Of a DNA stretch of 64,000 nucleotides, positions 48,504 through 59,572 are shown in pieces. Positions within the stretch are counted from its first letter, which is position 1. Every line of letters begins with the position of its first letter. A model generated the notes under the pieces. That model was not told where the DNA came from. It did no database searches and saw only the letters and a list, made by a program, of their open reading frames with translations. A program made the translations under genes and the position numbers. Origin of the DNA: Oscillibacter sp. (GTDB lineage Bacteria > Bacillota > Clostridia > Oscillospirales > Oscillospiraceae). The DNA lies in the NCBI GenBank assembly GCA_017410185.1, contig JAFQRI010000101.1, positions 357-64,356 on the forward strand, given 5' to 3'.

Positions 48504-49897
48504 ATCGCAGCACGATCCGTCTGGGTGAGGACAATGTAAAAAAGCTCCTCGTCACCCTTTCCATCCCCACTATCACCTCTCAGATCGTAAATATGCTCTA
48601 CAATTTGGTGGACCGTATTTACATCGGCCACATGGCCCCGGCAGACACGGTGGGAAAGCTGGCCCTCACCGGCGTGGGCGTGTGCTTCCCCATCATCATG
48701 GCTGTCTCCGCTTTTTCCGCACTGATGGCCATGGGCGGCGCTCCCCGTGCTTCCATCGCTGAAGGCCGGGGCGACACCCCTGCTTCCGAACGCATCATGG
48801 GCAATGCCTTCACACTGCTGCTTCTCTCTTCCCTGCTGCTGACAACGGTAGTGCAGCTTTTTGCCGAGCCGCTGCTGCTCTCGTTCGGCGCCAGCGACAA
48901 CACCATCGGCTATGCGCTGGACTATATTTCCATCTATTCTCTCGGCACGGTTTTTGTGCAGCTGACTATGGGCATGAATGCCTATATCACCGCCCAGGGC
49001 TTTACCACCGTCAGCATGAAGACCACGCTCATCGGCGCGGGGCTGAACATTATTCTGGACCCTCTTTTCATCTTCGCTCTGGATCTGGGCGTCCGTGGCG
49101 CTGCGCTGGCCACCATTCTCTCTCAAGGCGTCAGCGCGATGTGGGTACTTCGCTTCCTGACCGGAAGGAAAACCAAGTGGCGTCTGCGGCGTGAAAATCT
49201 TCGCCCCGTTCCCTCGGTGTTTCTGCCCTGCATGGCGCTGGGTCTTTCGCCCTTTATCATGCAGTGCACAGAGAGCCTGATCTCCGTCTGCTTCAATTCC
49301 TCCCTCTATCAATATGGCGGCGATCTGGCCGTCGGCTCCATGACCATCCTCACCAGCGTCATGCAGTTTGCCATGATGCCCCTGCAGGGCCTCAGCCAGG
49401 GAGCGCAGCCCATCATCAGCTACAATTACGGCGCCCGAAAGGCTCCCCGCGTGAAGGAGGCATTCCGCCTGTTGCTGCTCTCCTGCCTGACCTACTCCAT
49501 GGTGTTCTGGGCCGCAGTGGAGCTGTTCCCCGCCTTTTTCATCCACCTGTTCAACTCCGATCCCACACTGGTGGAATACGGCAGCCGCGCCCTGCGGATC
49601 TATATCGCTTCCATGGGCATTTTCGGCATTCAGATCGCCTGTCAGCAGACCTTTGTAGCCATTGGCAACGCCAAGACCTCGCTGTTTCTGGCAGTTTTGC
49701 GAAAGATCATCCTTCTGATCCCTCTCATTTATATCCTGCCCAATTTCTTTGCGGACAAGGCCTTTGCCGTGTTTCTGGCTGAGCCCATTGCAGACCTCGG
49801 CGCCGTGGTGACCACCGCCACAATGTTTTTCTTCCAGTTCCGTGCCGCCATGGCAAAGCTGGAAGCGCCGCTTTCTCCACCCCATGAGCTGGGATAA
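48500..49897 (+). CDS. MATE-family efflux transporter
   Basis: YNLVDRIYIG, NIILDPLFIF...GVRGAALAT and QPIISYNYGA motifs. Confidence 0.93.
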   Translation: MNRSTIRLGEDNVKKLLVTLSIPTITSQIVNMLYNLVDRIYIGHMAPADTVGKLALTGVGVCFPIIMAVSAFSALMAMGGAPRASIAEGRGDTPASERIMGNAFTLLLLSSLLLTTVVQLFAEPLLLSFGASDNTIGYALDYISIYSLGTVFVQLTMGMNAYITAQGFTTVSMKTTLIGAGLNIILDPLFIFALDLGVRGAALATILSQGVSAMWVLRFLTGRKTKWRLRRENLRPVPSVFLPCMALGLSPFIMQCTESLISVCFNSSLYQYGGDLAVGSMTILTSVMQFAMMPLQGLSQGAQPIISYNYGARKAPRVKEAFRLLLLSCLTYSMVFWAAVELFPAFFIHLFNSDPTLVEYGSRALRIYIASMGIFGIQIACQQTFVAIGNAKTSLFLAVLRKIILLIPLIYILPNFFADKAFAVFLAEPIADLGAVVTTATMFFFQFRAAMAKLEAPLSPPHELG

Positions 49898-49910
49898 TGC
49901 CTCGAGACGC

Positions 49911-49945
49911 AAAAAGACGCTCCTTTTGACAGGAGCGTCTTTTTT
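49911..49945. terminator. Bidirectional terminator
   Basis: AAAAGACGCTCCT...AGGAGCGTCTTTT. Confidence 0.85.
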
Positions 49946-49947
49946 GT

Positions 49948-51390
49948 TCAGTCAGGCACCACAGGCACGGCGTCCGCCGGGATGGGGCAGGTGTAGCCTG
50001 CGGCAGTAGCAAGGGCAAATTCCTTGCGGGCAGCGGCAAGAGACTCGCCGTCAGTCAGAAGGTCGATCACCGTGCAGGCCAGCACCTTTCCCGCGTGAAC
50101 TGCCGCCTTGAACCCAAGGCTTGTGCAGGCGCAGGAGACATTCTGCCAGCTGTGGCCGGGACAGCCGTTGGGCCATGCCGCCACATGGATCTGCCCCGCA
50201 GGAGTCTGCCAGCTCACGTCGCCCACGTCGGTGGAGCCGGGATTGAAGCTGTCACCCTCAAAAAGAGGCAGGAGGAAATCGTTCATAGCGGTGCCGTTCT
50301 TCTTTTGCAGCTCCGTGGCCATGGCCGCGTAGCGGGGATCATAGGCGCTGCCGGTGCCGGGTGCAGCGCCGCTGCCGGGATAGGTGGAGGAAAGGGCCTT
50401 CGCGTAGGCCAGCTCCTCCTCCGTATGGGAGGGAACACCCAGCGCGGCGAAGTTCTTTTGCAGCAGGTTCTCCAGCACATGGTTGGGGATGGTTTCCGCA
50501 AGGCCGTCGATAAACTGGCGTTCAAAGGTGGTCTCGGTCATCAGTGCCGCGCCCTCGGCGATCTTATCCACCCGGGCCTGCAGGGAAACAGCCTCCGCCA
50601 CCTTGTCGGAGCGCACCATATAAAGAACGCTTGCCGTGGGCTGCACCACATTGGGACTGCGGCCGCCGCCGTCAGTAATAGCGTAATGGACACGGGCGCG
50701 GTCACTCATATGCTCCCGCAGGAACTGCACACCGATATTCATCAGCTCCACCGCATCCAGCGCGCTGCGCCCCTTCTCGGGGGCGCCGGCCGCGTGGGAG
50801 GCAACACCATGGAACTTATACTGCACCTGAATGCAGGCGTTGGTGGAGCCGGTCACCACCTCGTTGGCGTCATCGGGATGCCAGCTCAGCGCCGCGTCGA
50901 TGCCGCGCCAAAGCTCCTCCCGGGCCATAAAGGCCTTGGCGGCGCCGCCCTCCTCGCCGGGGCAGCCATAGAGCACCACCGTGCCGGGCGTGCCGGTAGC
51001 CTCCAGCCATGCCTTCACGCCGAGGGCCGCGCCCAGCGCACCGGCCCCCAGCAGATTGTGGCCGCAACCGTGGCCCGTGCCGCCGGAGACCAGTTCCTTC
51101 TGCTCCGCAGCGCCCGCCTGCTGGGAAAGACCTGCCAGCGCGTCATATTCCGCCAGAAGACCGATGATGGGCCGTCCGCTGCCAAAAGAGGCGGAAAAGG
51201 CTGTGGGAATACCACAGATACCCCGCTCCACCCGGAACCCCTCTCGCTCGCAAATATCGCAAAGGGTTTCGGCAGAGCGCTCCTCCTGCAGGGAAAGCTC
51301 TGCGTAGCCCCAGATCTTTTCCGCCGCCAGCTGCACCAGATGGGCCTTGGCTTCCACGGCCTGCACAGCAATATATTTCTGTTCGTTCAT
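49948..51390 (-). CDS. M20 amidohydrolase (AbgB-like)
   Basis: EYDAL.GLSQ, HGCGHN, PGEEG, WHP, GSTDVGDVSW and HSWQ motifs. Confidence 0.88.
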   Translation of the reverse strand: MNEQKYIAVQAVEAKAHLVQLAAEKIWGYAELSLQEERSAETLCDICEREGFRVERGICGIPTAFSASFGSGRPIIGLLAEYDALAGLSQQAGAAEQKELVSGGTGHGCGHNLLGAGALGAALGVKAWLEATGTPGTVVLYGCPGEEGGAAKAFMAREELWRGIDAALSWHPDDANEVVTGSTNACIQVQYKFHGVASHAAGAPEKGRSALDAVELMNIGVQFLREHMSDRARVHYAITDGGGRSPNVVQPTASVLYMVRSDKVAEAVSLQARVDKIAEGAALMTETTFERQFIDGLAETIPNHVLENLLQKNFAALGVPSHTEEELAYAKALSSTYPGSGAAPGTGSAYDPRYAAMATELQKKNGTAMNDFLLPLFEGDSFNPGSTDVGDVSWQTPAGQIHVAAWPNGCPGHSWQNVSCACTSLGFKAAVHAGKVLACTVIDLLTDGESLAAARKEFALATAAGYTCPIPADAVPVVPD

Positions 51391-51463
51391 AAAGGACCGG
51401 CTCCTTTCAGAATATAAAAACGAGTGGGAGAAGCACCGCTCCTCCCACTCCCAAAAAGCTTGA

Positions 51464-52226
<763 letters not shown>

Positions 52227-52243
<17 letters not shown>

Positions 52244-53003
52244 GGCTCATTCTCCTTTCGAAGTAGGCGATGATCTTGCTGGTGGGGAAGCAGAGGCAGA
52301 AATACAGCAATGTCGCGATGACAAGGGGCTCGGCAATACGGTATGTAGCACCCTTGGTGGCACTGACTGCATACATGATCTCCTGCACGCCGATGGTCCA
52401 GCAGACAGAGGACTCCTTGATGATGACAACGAACTCGTTGGCAATGGGGGGCAGAATATTGCGGATGGCCTGAGGCAGAATGATGTGGCGCATGGTCTGA
52501 GTAGAGCTGAGGCCAAGAGACCGGGCCGCCTCACTCTGACCGCCGTCAATGGACTGGATGCCGGCACGAATGATCTCGCACAGATATGCGCCGGAGTTCA
52601 TGGACAGTGCCACCACGCCGGGGAAGAACCTGTCAAAACGGATCATGCCAAAGAGCTTAAAGTTGGGCAGATCCACATTGCCCAGCACCACATAGTAGAT
52701 CACGAAGACCTGCACCATCACAGGGGTGGAGCGCAGGATCTCCACATAGGCGGTAGCCAGAAAATCCAGAGGATTGAAGCGGCTGAGGGCCAGCAGGGGA
52801 CCGCCATCCCGCAGACGGCCGTCCTTCGTCAGGCCCAGAGCGCGGAAAGGACGGAAGTTGGAAAGGCGCATAATAGCCAGCATCAGCGCCAGAACAAAGC
52901 CGAATACCACCGTCAGAAAGGACATGGAGACGGTGCAGATCAGACCTTCTTTAAAAAGGGAAACATATTCCCATGTTTTTGCGAAACCGGCAGCGGTGAA
53001 CAC
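52227..53003 (-). CDS. Polar amino-acid ABC transporter permease
   Basis: [29 protein letters not shown] and PQA motifs. Confidence 0.93.
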
Positions 53004-53130
53004 GGCGGTCCCTCCTTACATTTCTCTCTTTTCTCTTGAATTCCAAATCAGCACCAATTCCTCCCTGCCAAAACAGCAGGGAGGAATCGGAATCATTGCA
53101 TCATTTCAGGTCAAAGACCCTTTTGGGGGC

Positions 53131-54024
53131 TTAGCCCTCCAGCAGACCCTCGTGGATGTTGCCGGAAGCCAGCTCGTTGGCCTCAGCGACGAAGTCGGAC
53201 ATAGAGCCGTCAGAGAGAGCTGCGGCGATGGCTTCGTTGACACCCTTGAGCAGAGCCTCGTTGCCCTTGTAAACGCCGACGACAGAACCCTCAGCCTCAT
53301 AGGGAACTTCCAGAACCACACACAGCTCGGGGTAGTTCTTCTCATAGCTCTCAGCCACCATGGTCTCGATGAAGGCGCCGTCCATCTTGCCGGTGATCAG
53401 CTCAGCGATGATGTCGGTGACCTTGGCCATCTCAATGATGTCGGCATCGGGAGTATTCTCCTTGGCCAGATCAGCCTGAATGGAACCGATCTGAGCGCCG
53501 ATGGTGAAGTCGGGGTTGTTGGCAGCAGCCAGCTCGGGGAACTTGTCGGCAGTAGAGTCGAGGCAGACAAAGGACTGGCCGCCGGAGATGTAGATATCAG
53601 AGAAATCCATGGCTTCGGCGCGGTCGGGATCGGGAGAATAGCCGGCCATGCTCAGGTCAACGTTCTTGTTCTGCAGCTCCAGGATGGTGCCGTCAAAGTC
53701 CATGGGGATGACTTCCAGCTCCAGGCCCAGATAATCAGCGATGTACTGCGCCAGAGCCATATCGAAGCCGGCCAGCTGGGGGTTGCCGTTTTCGTCGATG
53801 GCGTAGAACTCATAGGGAGCGAAGTCGGGAGAGGTAGCCACGGTCAGCTTGCCCTCGGTGACGGTGGTAATGCCTTCCTCAGCAGGAGCAGAGGCAGCGG
53901 GGGCAGAAGCGGCAGGAGCAGAGGCGGCAGGAGCAGAGGCGGCGGGAGCCTCTTCCTTAGCGCCGCAGGCGGCCAGGCTCAGAGCCATGGTCAAAGCCAG
54001 AACGGTTGCAAAAAACTTCTTCAT
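53131..54024 (-). CDS. Polar amino-acid ABC substrate-binding lipoprotein (possibly arginine)
   Basis: LAAC lipobox; TSPDFAPYEF, GFD and GAQIGSIQ motifs; adjacent to the arc operon with ARG-box-like sites upstream. Confidence 0.88.
   Translation of the reverse strand: MKKFFATVLALTMALSLAACGAKEEAPAASAPAASAPAASAPAASAPAEEGITTVTEGKLTVATSPDFAPYEFYAIDENGNPQLAGFDMALAQYIADYLGLELEVIPMDFDGTILELQNKNVDLSMAGYSPDPDRAEAMDFSDIYISGGQSFVCLDSTADKFPELAAANNPDFTIGAQIGSIQADLAKENTPDADIIEMAKVTDIIAELITGKMDGAFIETMVAESYEKNYPELCVVLEVPYEAEGSVVGVYKGNEALLKGVNEAIAAALSDGSMSDFVAEANELASGNIHEGLLEG
53881..53949 (-). repeat. Four degenerate 15-bp tandem repeats encoding (AASAP)x4
   Basis: Repeated GCAGGAGCAGAGGC-like units in the lipoprotein linker. 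Confidence 0.8.
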
Positions 54025-54111
54025 AACAAAACTTCCTTTTATGTATTTTTTCGCGCCCAAACGGGAGCACGGAGCCGTAAAGGAAAGGTTTTCCTCTGCG
54101 GGGATGTGCCT

Positions 54112-54174
54112 ACCATACCACCCCGGACATGGAATGTCAATACTTTTTGCAAAGTTTCTGTATAAATATTTGCA
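54112..54174 (-). promoter_or_regulatory. Promoter with an adjacent ARG-box-like site
   Basis: TTGACA-17-TATGGT (54140-54112); TGTATAAATATTTG at 54159-54172. Confidence 0.5.
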
Positions 54175-54314
54175 CGCAGCACCCTCTTTTTATTCTTTCT
54201 TTCCTGCGCAACCGGTTATTTTCGGCAGATTTTCATAAAATCTCCATTCAAAAGCTGCATAAACTTAATGTATATACAGTTTTTCATTGTATATTTCATT
54301 TATGTAGGGCGGCC

Positions 54315-55706
54315 TCAGCCGCCCAGAACCGCGCCCACGGCAAGAAACAGCACCGTAAGGGCACAAAAATACACGATCAGCTTCCACACATACCGAAACC
54401 ACTGGTCATATCCCACTTTGCCCAGAGCCAGCGCACCCATCACCACCGCCGCCGTAGGCGTGATGATGTTCACAAGACCGCTGGCAGACTGAAAGGCCGT
54501 GACCACCAGCTCTCCCCCTACGCCGGCAAAACGGCCAAGGGGCGCCACAATGGGGATGGACAGCGTGGCAAGGCCGGAGGAAGAAGGAATGAGAACCGAA
54601 AGGGGCAGATAAATGAAATATACCAGCACCACGAACATCACCGGTCCTGCCCCGGCAAGGGCCTGCTCTCCCCAGTTGAGGATAGTGTCCGTCACCGCGC
54701 CATCATTCATAATGACGGTGATGCCGCGGCTGATGCCGATGATCAGCGCCACCCCCAGAAGATCTGCGCAGCCTGCCACAAACACCTCTGCGATCTCACT
54801 TTCCTTCATGCGGTCAATGAGGCCTACGACCACACCGCCCACCAGAAACAGGGCAGAAAGCTCCGGAAACCACCACCCCAGCGTGGGCAGAGGGAGCCCC
54901 ATCTCGTCAAAGGGGACAACGGCATAGGTCATCAGCAGAAACACCCCTGCAAACACCACCAGAATGGCTTTCCTCCGCCCGGTCAGCTCGATCTCCCGGT
55001 CTGCCGTCACCTGCAGCTTTCCAGCGCCCACCCCCACAACAGATCGGGAGGGGTCTTTTTTCACCTTTGCCGCATAGGAGGCCACATACCAGATGGCTAC
55101 ACCTTCAAACACTGCCCACTGGATGAGACGCAGCACGATGCCGTCTCCCAGCGTCACCCCTGCAAAGCCGGAGGCAATGCCCGTTGCAAAGGGATTCACC
55201 GTGGAGCTGATGACTCCCGCGCCGGCCCCCAGCAATATCACAGAGATGCCTACCACCGCATCGTAGCCTGCCGCAAGAAATACGGGGATCAGCAAAGGGT
55301 AGAAGGCCATGGTCTCCTCCCACATACCGTAGGTGGTGCCGCCAAGACCGAAAAATACCATAAGAATCGGGATCAGCCACTTTTCCCGCCCGCCAAGGCG
55401 GCGGATCACCGCGCCGACGCCTGCGTCCACAGCACCGGTCTTCATCACGACCCCCAGGAAACCGCCCACCATGATGATGAAAATGCAAACGTCTACCGCG
55501 TCGTAAAAGCCGGAGAAGGCCGCCTGCAGCACAGCTCCCACTCCTTGGGGCGACTGCTCCACCCGCTGGTAGGTTCCGGTGATGGGGATGCCGTCTTCAT
55601 AGAGATAGCTGCCTGCGGGGATCACCCATGTGGAAAGAGCTACCAGGGCGATCAGCAAAAAGAGGATGGTGTAGGCTGTAGGCATTCGAAATCTGGATTT
55701 TCCCAA
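54315..55706 (-). CDS. YfcC-family transporter (probable arginine/ornithine antiporter)
   Basis: GGTTYGMWEE, STVNPFATG, PSSSGLA and ITPT motifs; last gene of the arc operon. Confidence 0.88.
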   Translation of the reverse strand: MGKSRFRMPTAYTILFLLIALVALSTWVIPAGSYLYEDGIPITGTYQRVEQSPQGVGAVLQAAFSGFYDAVDVCIFIIMVGGFLGVVMKTGAVDAGVGAVIRRLGGREKWLIPILMVFFGLGGTTYGMWEETMAFYPLLIPVFLAAGYDAVVGISVILLGAGAGVISSTVNPFATGIASGFAGVTLGDGIVLRLIQWAVFEGVAIWYVASYAAKVKKDPSRSVVGVGAGKLQVTADREIELTGRRKAILVVFAGVFLLMTYAVVPFDEMGLPLPTLGWWFPELSALFLVGGVVVGLIDRMKESEIAEVFVAGCADLLGVALIIGISRGITVIMNDGAVTDTILNWGEQALAGAGPVMFVVLVYFIYLPLSVLIPSSSGLATLSIPIVAPLGRFAGVGGELVVTAFQSASGLVNIITPTAAVVMGALALGKVGYDQWFRYVWKLIVYFCALTVLFLAVGAVLGG

Positions 55707-55721
55707 AGGGAATCCCCCCTT

Positions 55722-56720
55722 TTATTTGCCGATGGTTGCCACCAGAATGGCCTTGATGGAGTGCATGCGGTTCTCCGCCTCGTCAAACACCACGCTGTGG
55801 CGGCTGCGGAAGACCTCGTCCTCCACCTCCCGGATGTCCACGCCCTTTTCCTTCCACTCATTTGCCATTTTTGTTTCAAAATCATGGAAGGAGGGCAGGC
55901 AATGGAGATACTTCACCTCGGGGTTTTCCGTCTTTTTCAGCATTTCCATGGTCACGCGGAAAGGCGCAAGAAGCTCTGCGCGCTGGGCCATTTTGTCCTC
56001 CTCGCCCATGGAGGCAAAGATATCGCCGTAGATCACATCGGCACCCTTCACATCATTGAAGTTATCGGTGATTTCAATGAGACCGCCGTTTTCCCGGGCC
56101 ATGGCAAAGCAGCGCTGCACCAAGTCCTTGTCCATTTCCTTTGCAAGGCTCTCGGGGCCAAGGGCCACAAAGTGCATGCCCATTTTCGCCGCGCCGATCA
56201 TCCAGGCGTAGCACATATTGTTCCGCACATCTCCGGGGAACACCACCTTCACCTTGTTCAGAGGCTTGGCGATATGCTCTTCAATCGTCATCATATCGGC
56301 CAGGATCTGGGTGGGGTGGTCGGCGTCGGTAAGTCCGTTCCACACGGGAACTCCCGCCCATTTCGCCAGGTCCTCCACCACGCTCTGCTCATAGCCCCGA
56401 TACTCGATACCGTCGAAGAACCGGCCCAGCACCTTGGCAGAATCCTCCAAAGATTCCTTCTTGCCCATCTGAGAGCTGCCAGCGTCCAAATAGGTGACAT
56501 GGGCACCCTCCTGAGTCGCCGCCACCTCGAAAGAGCAGCGGGTGCGGGTGGAGGTCTTTTCAAAGAGAAGAACGATGTGTTTGCCCTTGAGAGCATCGCC
56601 GCAGATGCCGGCGCGGCGCTTTGCCTTGAGGTCGTGACCCAGATCCAGCAGATACCGGATCTCGGCGGGGGTCAGGTCTTCCAATGTCAGAAAGCTTCGG
56701 CCTTTCAGATTCACAGCCAT
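55722..56720 (-). CDS. arcB: Ornithine carbamoyltransferase (catabolic)
   Basis: STRTR, HPTQ, SMG and HCLPSFH motifs; lies between arcA and the antiporter. Confidence 0.88.
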   Translation of the reverse strand: MAVNLKGRSFLTLEDLTPAEIRYLLDLGHDLKAKRRAGICGDALKGKHIVLLFEKTSTRTRCSFEVAATQEGAHVTYLDAGSSQMGKKESLEDSAKVLGRFFDGIEYRGYEQSVVEDLAKWAGVPVWNGLTDADHPTQILADMMTIEEHIAKPLNKVKVVFPGDVRNNMCYAWMIGAAKMGMHFVALGPESLAKEMDKDLVQRCFAMARENGGLIEITDNFNDVKGADVIYGDIFASMGEEDKMAQRAELLAPFRVTMEMLKKTENPEVKYLHCLPSFHDFETKMANEWKEKGVDIREVEDEVFRSRHSVVFDEAENRMHSIKAILVATIGK

Positions 56721-56744
56721 AATTCAATACTCCTTCTTTATATT

Positions 56745-56786
56745 CCTTCCCCTTGGGGGAAGGTGGCGCAGCGCGCCGGATGAGGG
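56745..56786 (-). repeat. 42-bp REP-like palindromic repeat, copy 2
   Basis: Reverse complement reads CCCTCATCCGGCGCGCTGCGCCACCTTCCCCCAAGGGGAAGG. Confidence 0.8.
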
Positions 56787-56800
56787 GACCTGTCCCCCCT

Positions 56801-58030
56801 TTAAAAAATAATGTCGTCGCGCCAAAGAGGCATACTCATGCATCTGGGGCCACCACGACCCCGGGAAAGCTCCGCACTGGGAATGGTGTGGATGCGGATA
56901 CCCGCCTCCTCCAGAGAGCGGTTGGTCACATCGTTGCGCTGATAAACCACCACTTCGCCGGGGGCAATGGCCAGCGTGTTGCTGCCGTCGCTCCACTGCT
57001 CACGGGCCGCGTCGATGGCTCCACCCCGCCCGCAGGGAATGAGGGTGACGGAATCCAGATGGAGATGCTCTTTCAGGATGTCTTCCAGCCGACCCTCTTC
57101 CTGCCGGATCTTCACCCGCCGGTTTTCATCCAGCTCCATGACGAAAACGGTGATGGAAGCAAGAATGTTGGGATGCACAGTAAACTTGTCCCGATCCACC
57201 ATGGTGAAAACCGTATCCAGATGCATGAAGGAACGGGTCTTGGGGATGTTGAAGGCAAGGATCTTCTTAAAGGTCTTGCTCTTGTTCAGCACCGTTTCCG
57301 CCAGCGTATCGATGGAATCCTCCCGGGTGCGCTGGGAAATGCCCACTGCCAGCACCTGAGGGGAAAGGACGAGGATATCGCCGCCCTCCAGAGAGGAGGT
57401 CTCGCCCCGGTCATACCAGCGGGGCGCATTCTTATAGATGGGATGATGCTCGAAAATAAACTTGCCGAAAAGGGTCTCCCGGTTTCGGGTGACGGTGTGC
57501 ATTTTGTGGATGGAAACACCGGTGCCGATGGTGGCAAAGGGATCCCGGGTAAAATAGAGGTTGGGCATGGGATCCACGGCAAAGGGATAGTCCTCCTCCG
57601 CAGCGCTGAGATAGTCCCCGAGGCGGCCGCCCTTCTCCCGCAGGGCGCTTTTTCGGATGCCCGCCATCATAGCACTGACCATTTCCCGGTCGCTCATTTC
57701 GGCAAGATACTCGTAAAGCCTCTCCCCGGTCCGCTCTGCCGTCACGCCGGATTCCTTGATGAACTGCCGGATAAACTCCTGCCGTACGCCTGCATCAGTG
57801 ATGGACTCTGCCACCAGATCCGTCAGATACACCACCTCTACCCCCTGCTGGCGCAGGCAGTCAGCAAAGGCATCATGCTCCCGCTGGGCTTCTTTCAGAT
57901 AAGGGATATCGTCAAAAAGCAGCCGCTCCAGATATTCCGGCACCAGATTTTCAAGTTCCCCGCCGGGCCGGTGCAGCATCACCTTTCGAAGCCGACCGAT
58001 CTCCGAGGTGTTATGGATACCTGTGTTCAA
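56801..58030 (-). CDS. arcA: Arginine deiminase
   Basis: SEIG.L, LLFDDIP, PNLYFTRDP, EGGD, MHLDT and GRGGPRCMS motifs; TTG start at 58030 after AAAGGAG. Confidence 0.96.
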   Translation of the reverse strand: MNTGIHNTSEIGRLRKVMLHRPGGELENLVPEYLERLLFDDIPYLKEAQREHDAFADCLRQQGVEVVYLTDLVAESITDAGVRQEFIRQFIKESGVTAERTGERLYEYLAEMSDREMVSAMMAGIRKSALREKGGRLGDYLSAAEEDYPFAVDPMPNLYFTRDPFATIGTGVSIHKMHTVTRNRETLFGKFIFEHHPIYKNAPRWYDRGETSSLEGGDILVLSPQVLAVGISQRTREDSIDTLAETVLNKSKTFKKILAFNIPKTRSFMHLDTVFTMVDRDKFTVHPNILASITVFVMELDENRRVKIRQEEGRLEDILKEHLHLDSVTLIPCGRGGAIDAAREQWSDGSNTLAIAPGEVVVYQRNDVTNRSLEEAGIRIHTIPSAELSRGRGGPRCMSMPLWRDDIIF

Positions 58031-58139
58031 ATCGTTCCACGCTCCTTTCGTGTTCTTCTTCAATAGAATGGCGCGTTTCTCTCAGTTTATGCGCGGCTTT
58101 TTGTGCGCAAAAAAAGCACCCCGAAGGGTGCCTTTTCCA

Positions 58140-58706
58140 TCACTCTGTTAATTCAAAGGTGTTCGCCATGGCGGCAAGGAGCTTTCCGAAGGTTTCTTCC
58201 ATGTCCGCAGGGTATTCCCACGCCACCACATAGGTAATGCCGTGGCTGCCCTCTGCCACTACAGCTTTACAAATATCGCCGTCGCCATCCTTTCCGGCAA
58301 GGGAGTCTCCCGCTTCACCGGCAGCGCCTTGCTCAAAGCGGTAATCACTCTCCTCTGTGAAGCGGTCCAGCGCCACCATGAAGCTCATATTTTCATAGTG
58401 GTATACGGTGAGGGCGGCATCTGTATCCCCATCTGCCTCCCAGGTCTGGTGAGGGATCTCCTCATCGCATTCCAGTTCCAGCGTCCAACCCTCATCGGGA
58501 ATATAAAGAGAGTAACCCTCCCCCACATAGAGGACGGCAGGCACATCATCTGCCAGCATTGTATATGGTTCCCGTTCCGGCAGCAGGACTGTCTCTGAAG
58601 AAACCGGCGGCGCTTTTTCCGGCTGGGCCGGCGGGGTTTCACGCCGGTCTGTGCATCCCGCCAGCAGTGCAACTGCCAGTGCCGCCGCGAAGAGTTTATA
58701 CTTCAT
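58140..58706 (-). CDS. Hypothetical lipoprotein
   Basis: LAGC lipobox, acidic body, GYSLYIPDEGW. Confidence 0.75.
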   Translation of the reverse strand: MKYKLFAAALAVALLAGCTDRRETPPAQPEKAPPVSSETVLLPEREPYTMLADDVPAVLYVGEGYSLYIPDEGWTLELECDEEIPHQTWEADGDTDAALTVYHYENMSFMVALDRFTEESDYRFEQGAAGEAGDSLAGKDGDGDICKAVVAEGSHGITYVVAWEYPADMEETFGKLLAAMANTFELTE

Positions 58707-58861
58707 GGAGATTTCTCCTTTTGTTCTTTTTTTATTTAGACGAACCGTCTTTCAAAAAGTTACTCCGCAAGACTGAAAATATCATGAAAAATTTGTAAAC
58801 TTATTATAACCCGACCTGCAAAAAAATCCCCCCGACTTTTGTCGGGGGGAGCTGCTGTATA

Positions 58862-59572
58862 TCAATCGTTTTTGCCAAGGTAGGCCTCGCGCACACGCTC
58901 GTCAGCCAGGAGCTCGGCGCCGCTGCCGGAAATGGTGATCTTTCCGGTCTCCAGCACGTAGGCATAGTCTGCGATCTTGAGGGCCATGTTGGCGTTCTGC
59001 TCGATGAGGAGAACGGTCACACCCTGACGGTTGATCTCACGAATGATGGAGAAAATGTCCTGCACCACCAGAGGAGCAAGGCCCAGAGAGGGCTCATCCA
59101 GCATCATCAGCTTAGGACGGGACATGAGAGCCCGGCCCACGGCCAGCATCTGCTGCTCGCCGCCGGAAAGAGTGCCGGCCAGCTGCCAGCTGCGCTCTTC
59201 AAGGCGCGGGAAGAGGCTGTAGACCCACTTGATGTCCTTTTCGATCTCCGCCTTATCCTTGCGCAGATACGCTCCGATCTTCAGGTTCTCCAGAACCGTC
59301 ATATCAGGGAAGACGCGGCGGCCCTCAGGGCTGAGGGCAATGCCGGTGGTAACGATCTTATCGATGGGCTTACCCAGCAGCTCTTCACCGTTCCAGGTGA
59401 TGGAGCCGGAGACCGCCTTCACAAGGCCGGTGATGGTGCGCAGGGTGGTGGACTTACCGGCGCCGTTGGCGCCGATGAGGGTCACGATCTTGCCGTCGGG
59501 CACTTCCAGGGAAATGCCCCGCAGGGCCTGAATGCCGCCGTAGGCAACATGGAGGTTTTCAATTTTAAGCAT
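58862..59572 (-). CDS. livF: Branched-chain amino-acid ABC ATPase
   Basis: GANGAGKST, PEGRRVF, LSGGEQQMLA and DEPSLGLAP motifs. Confidence 0.94.
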   Translation of the reverse strand: MLKIENLHVAYGGIQALRGISLEVPDGKIVTLIGANGAGKSTTLRTITGLVKAVSGSITWNGEELLGKPIDKIVTTGIALSPEGRRVFPDMTVLENLKIGAYLRKDKAEIEKDIKWVYSLFPRLEERSWQLAGTLSGGEQQMLAVGRALMSRPKLMMLDEPSLGLAPLVVQDIFSIIREINRQGVTVLLIEQNANMALKIADYAYVLETGKITISGSGAELLADERVREAYLGKND

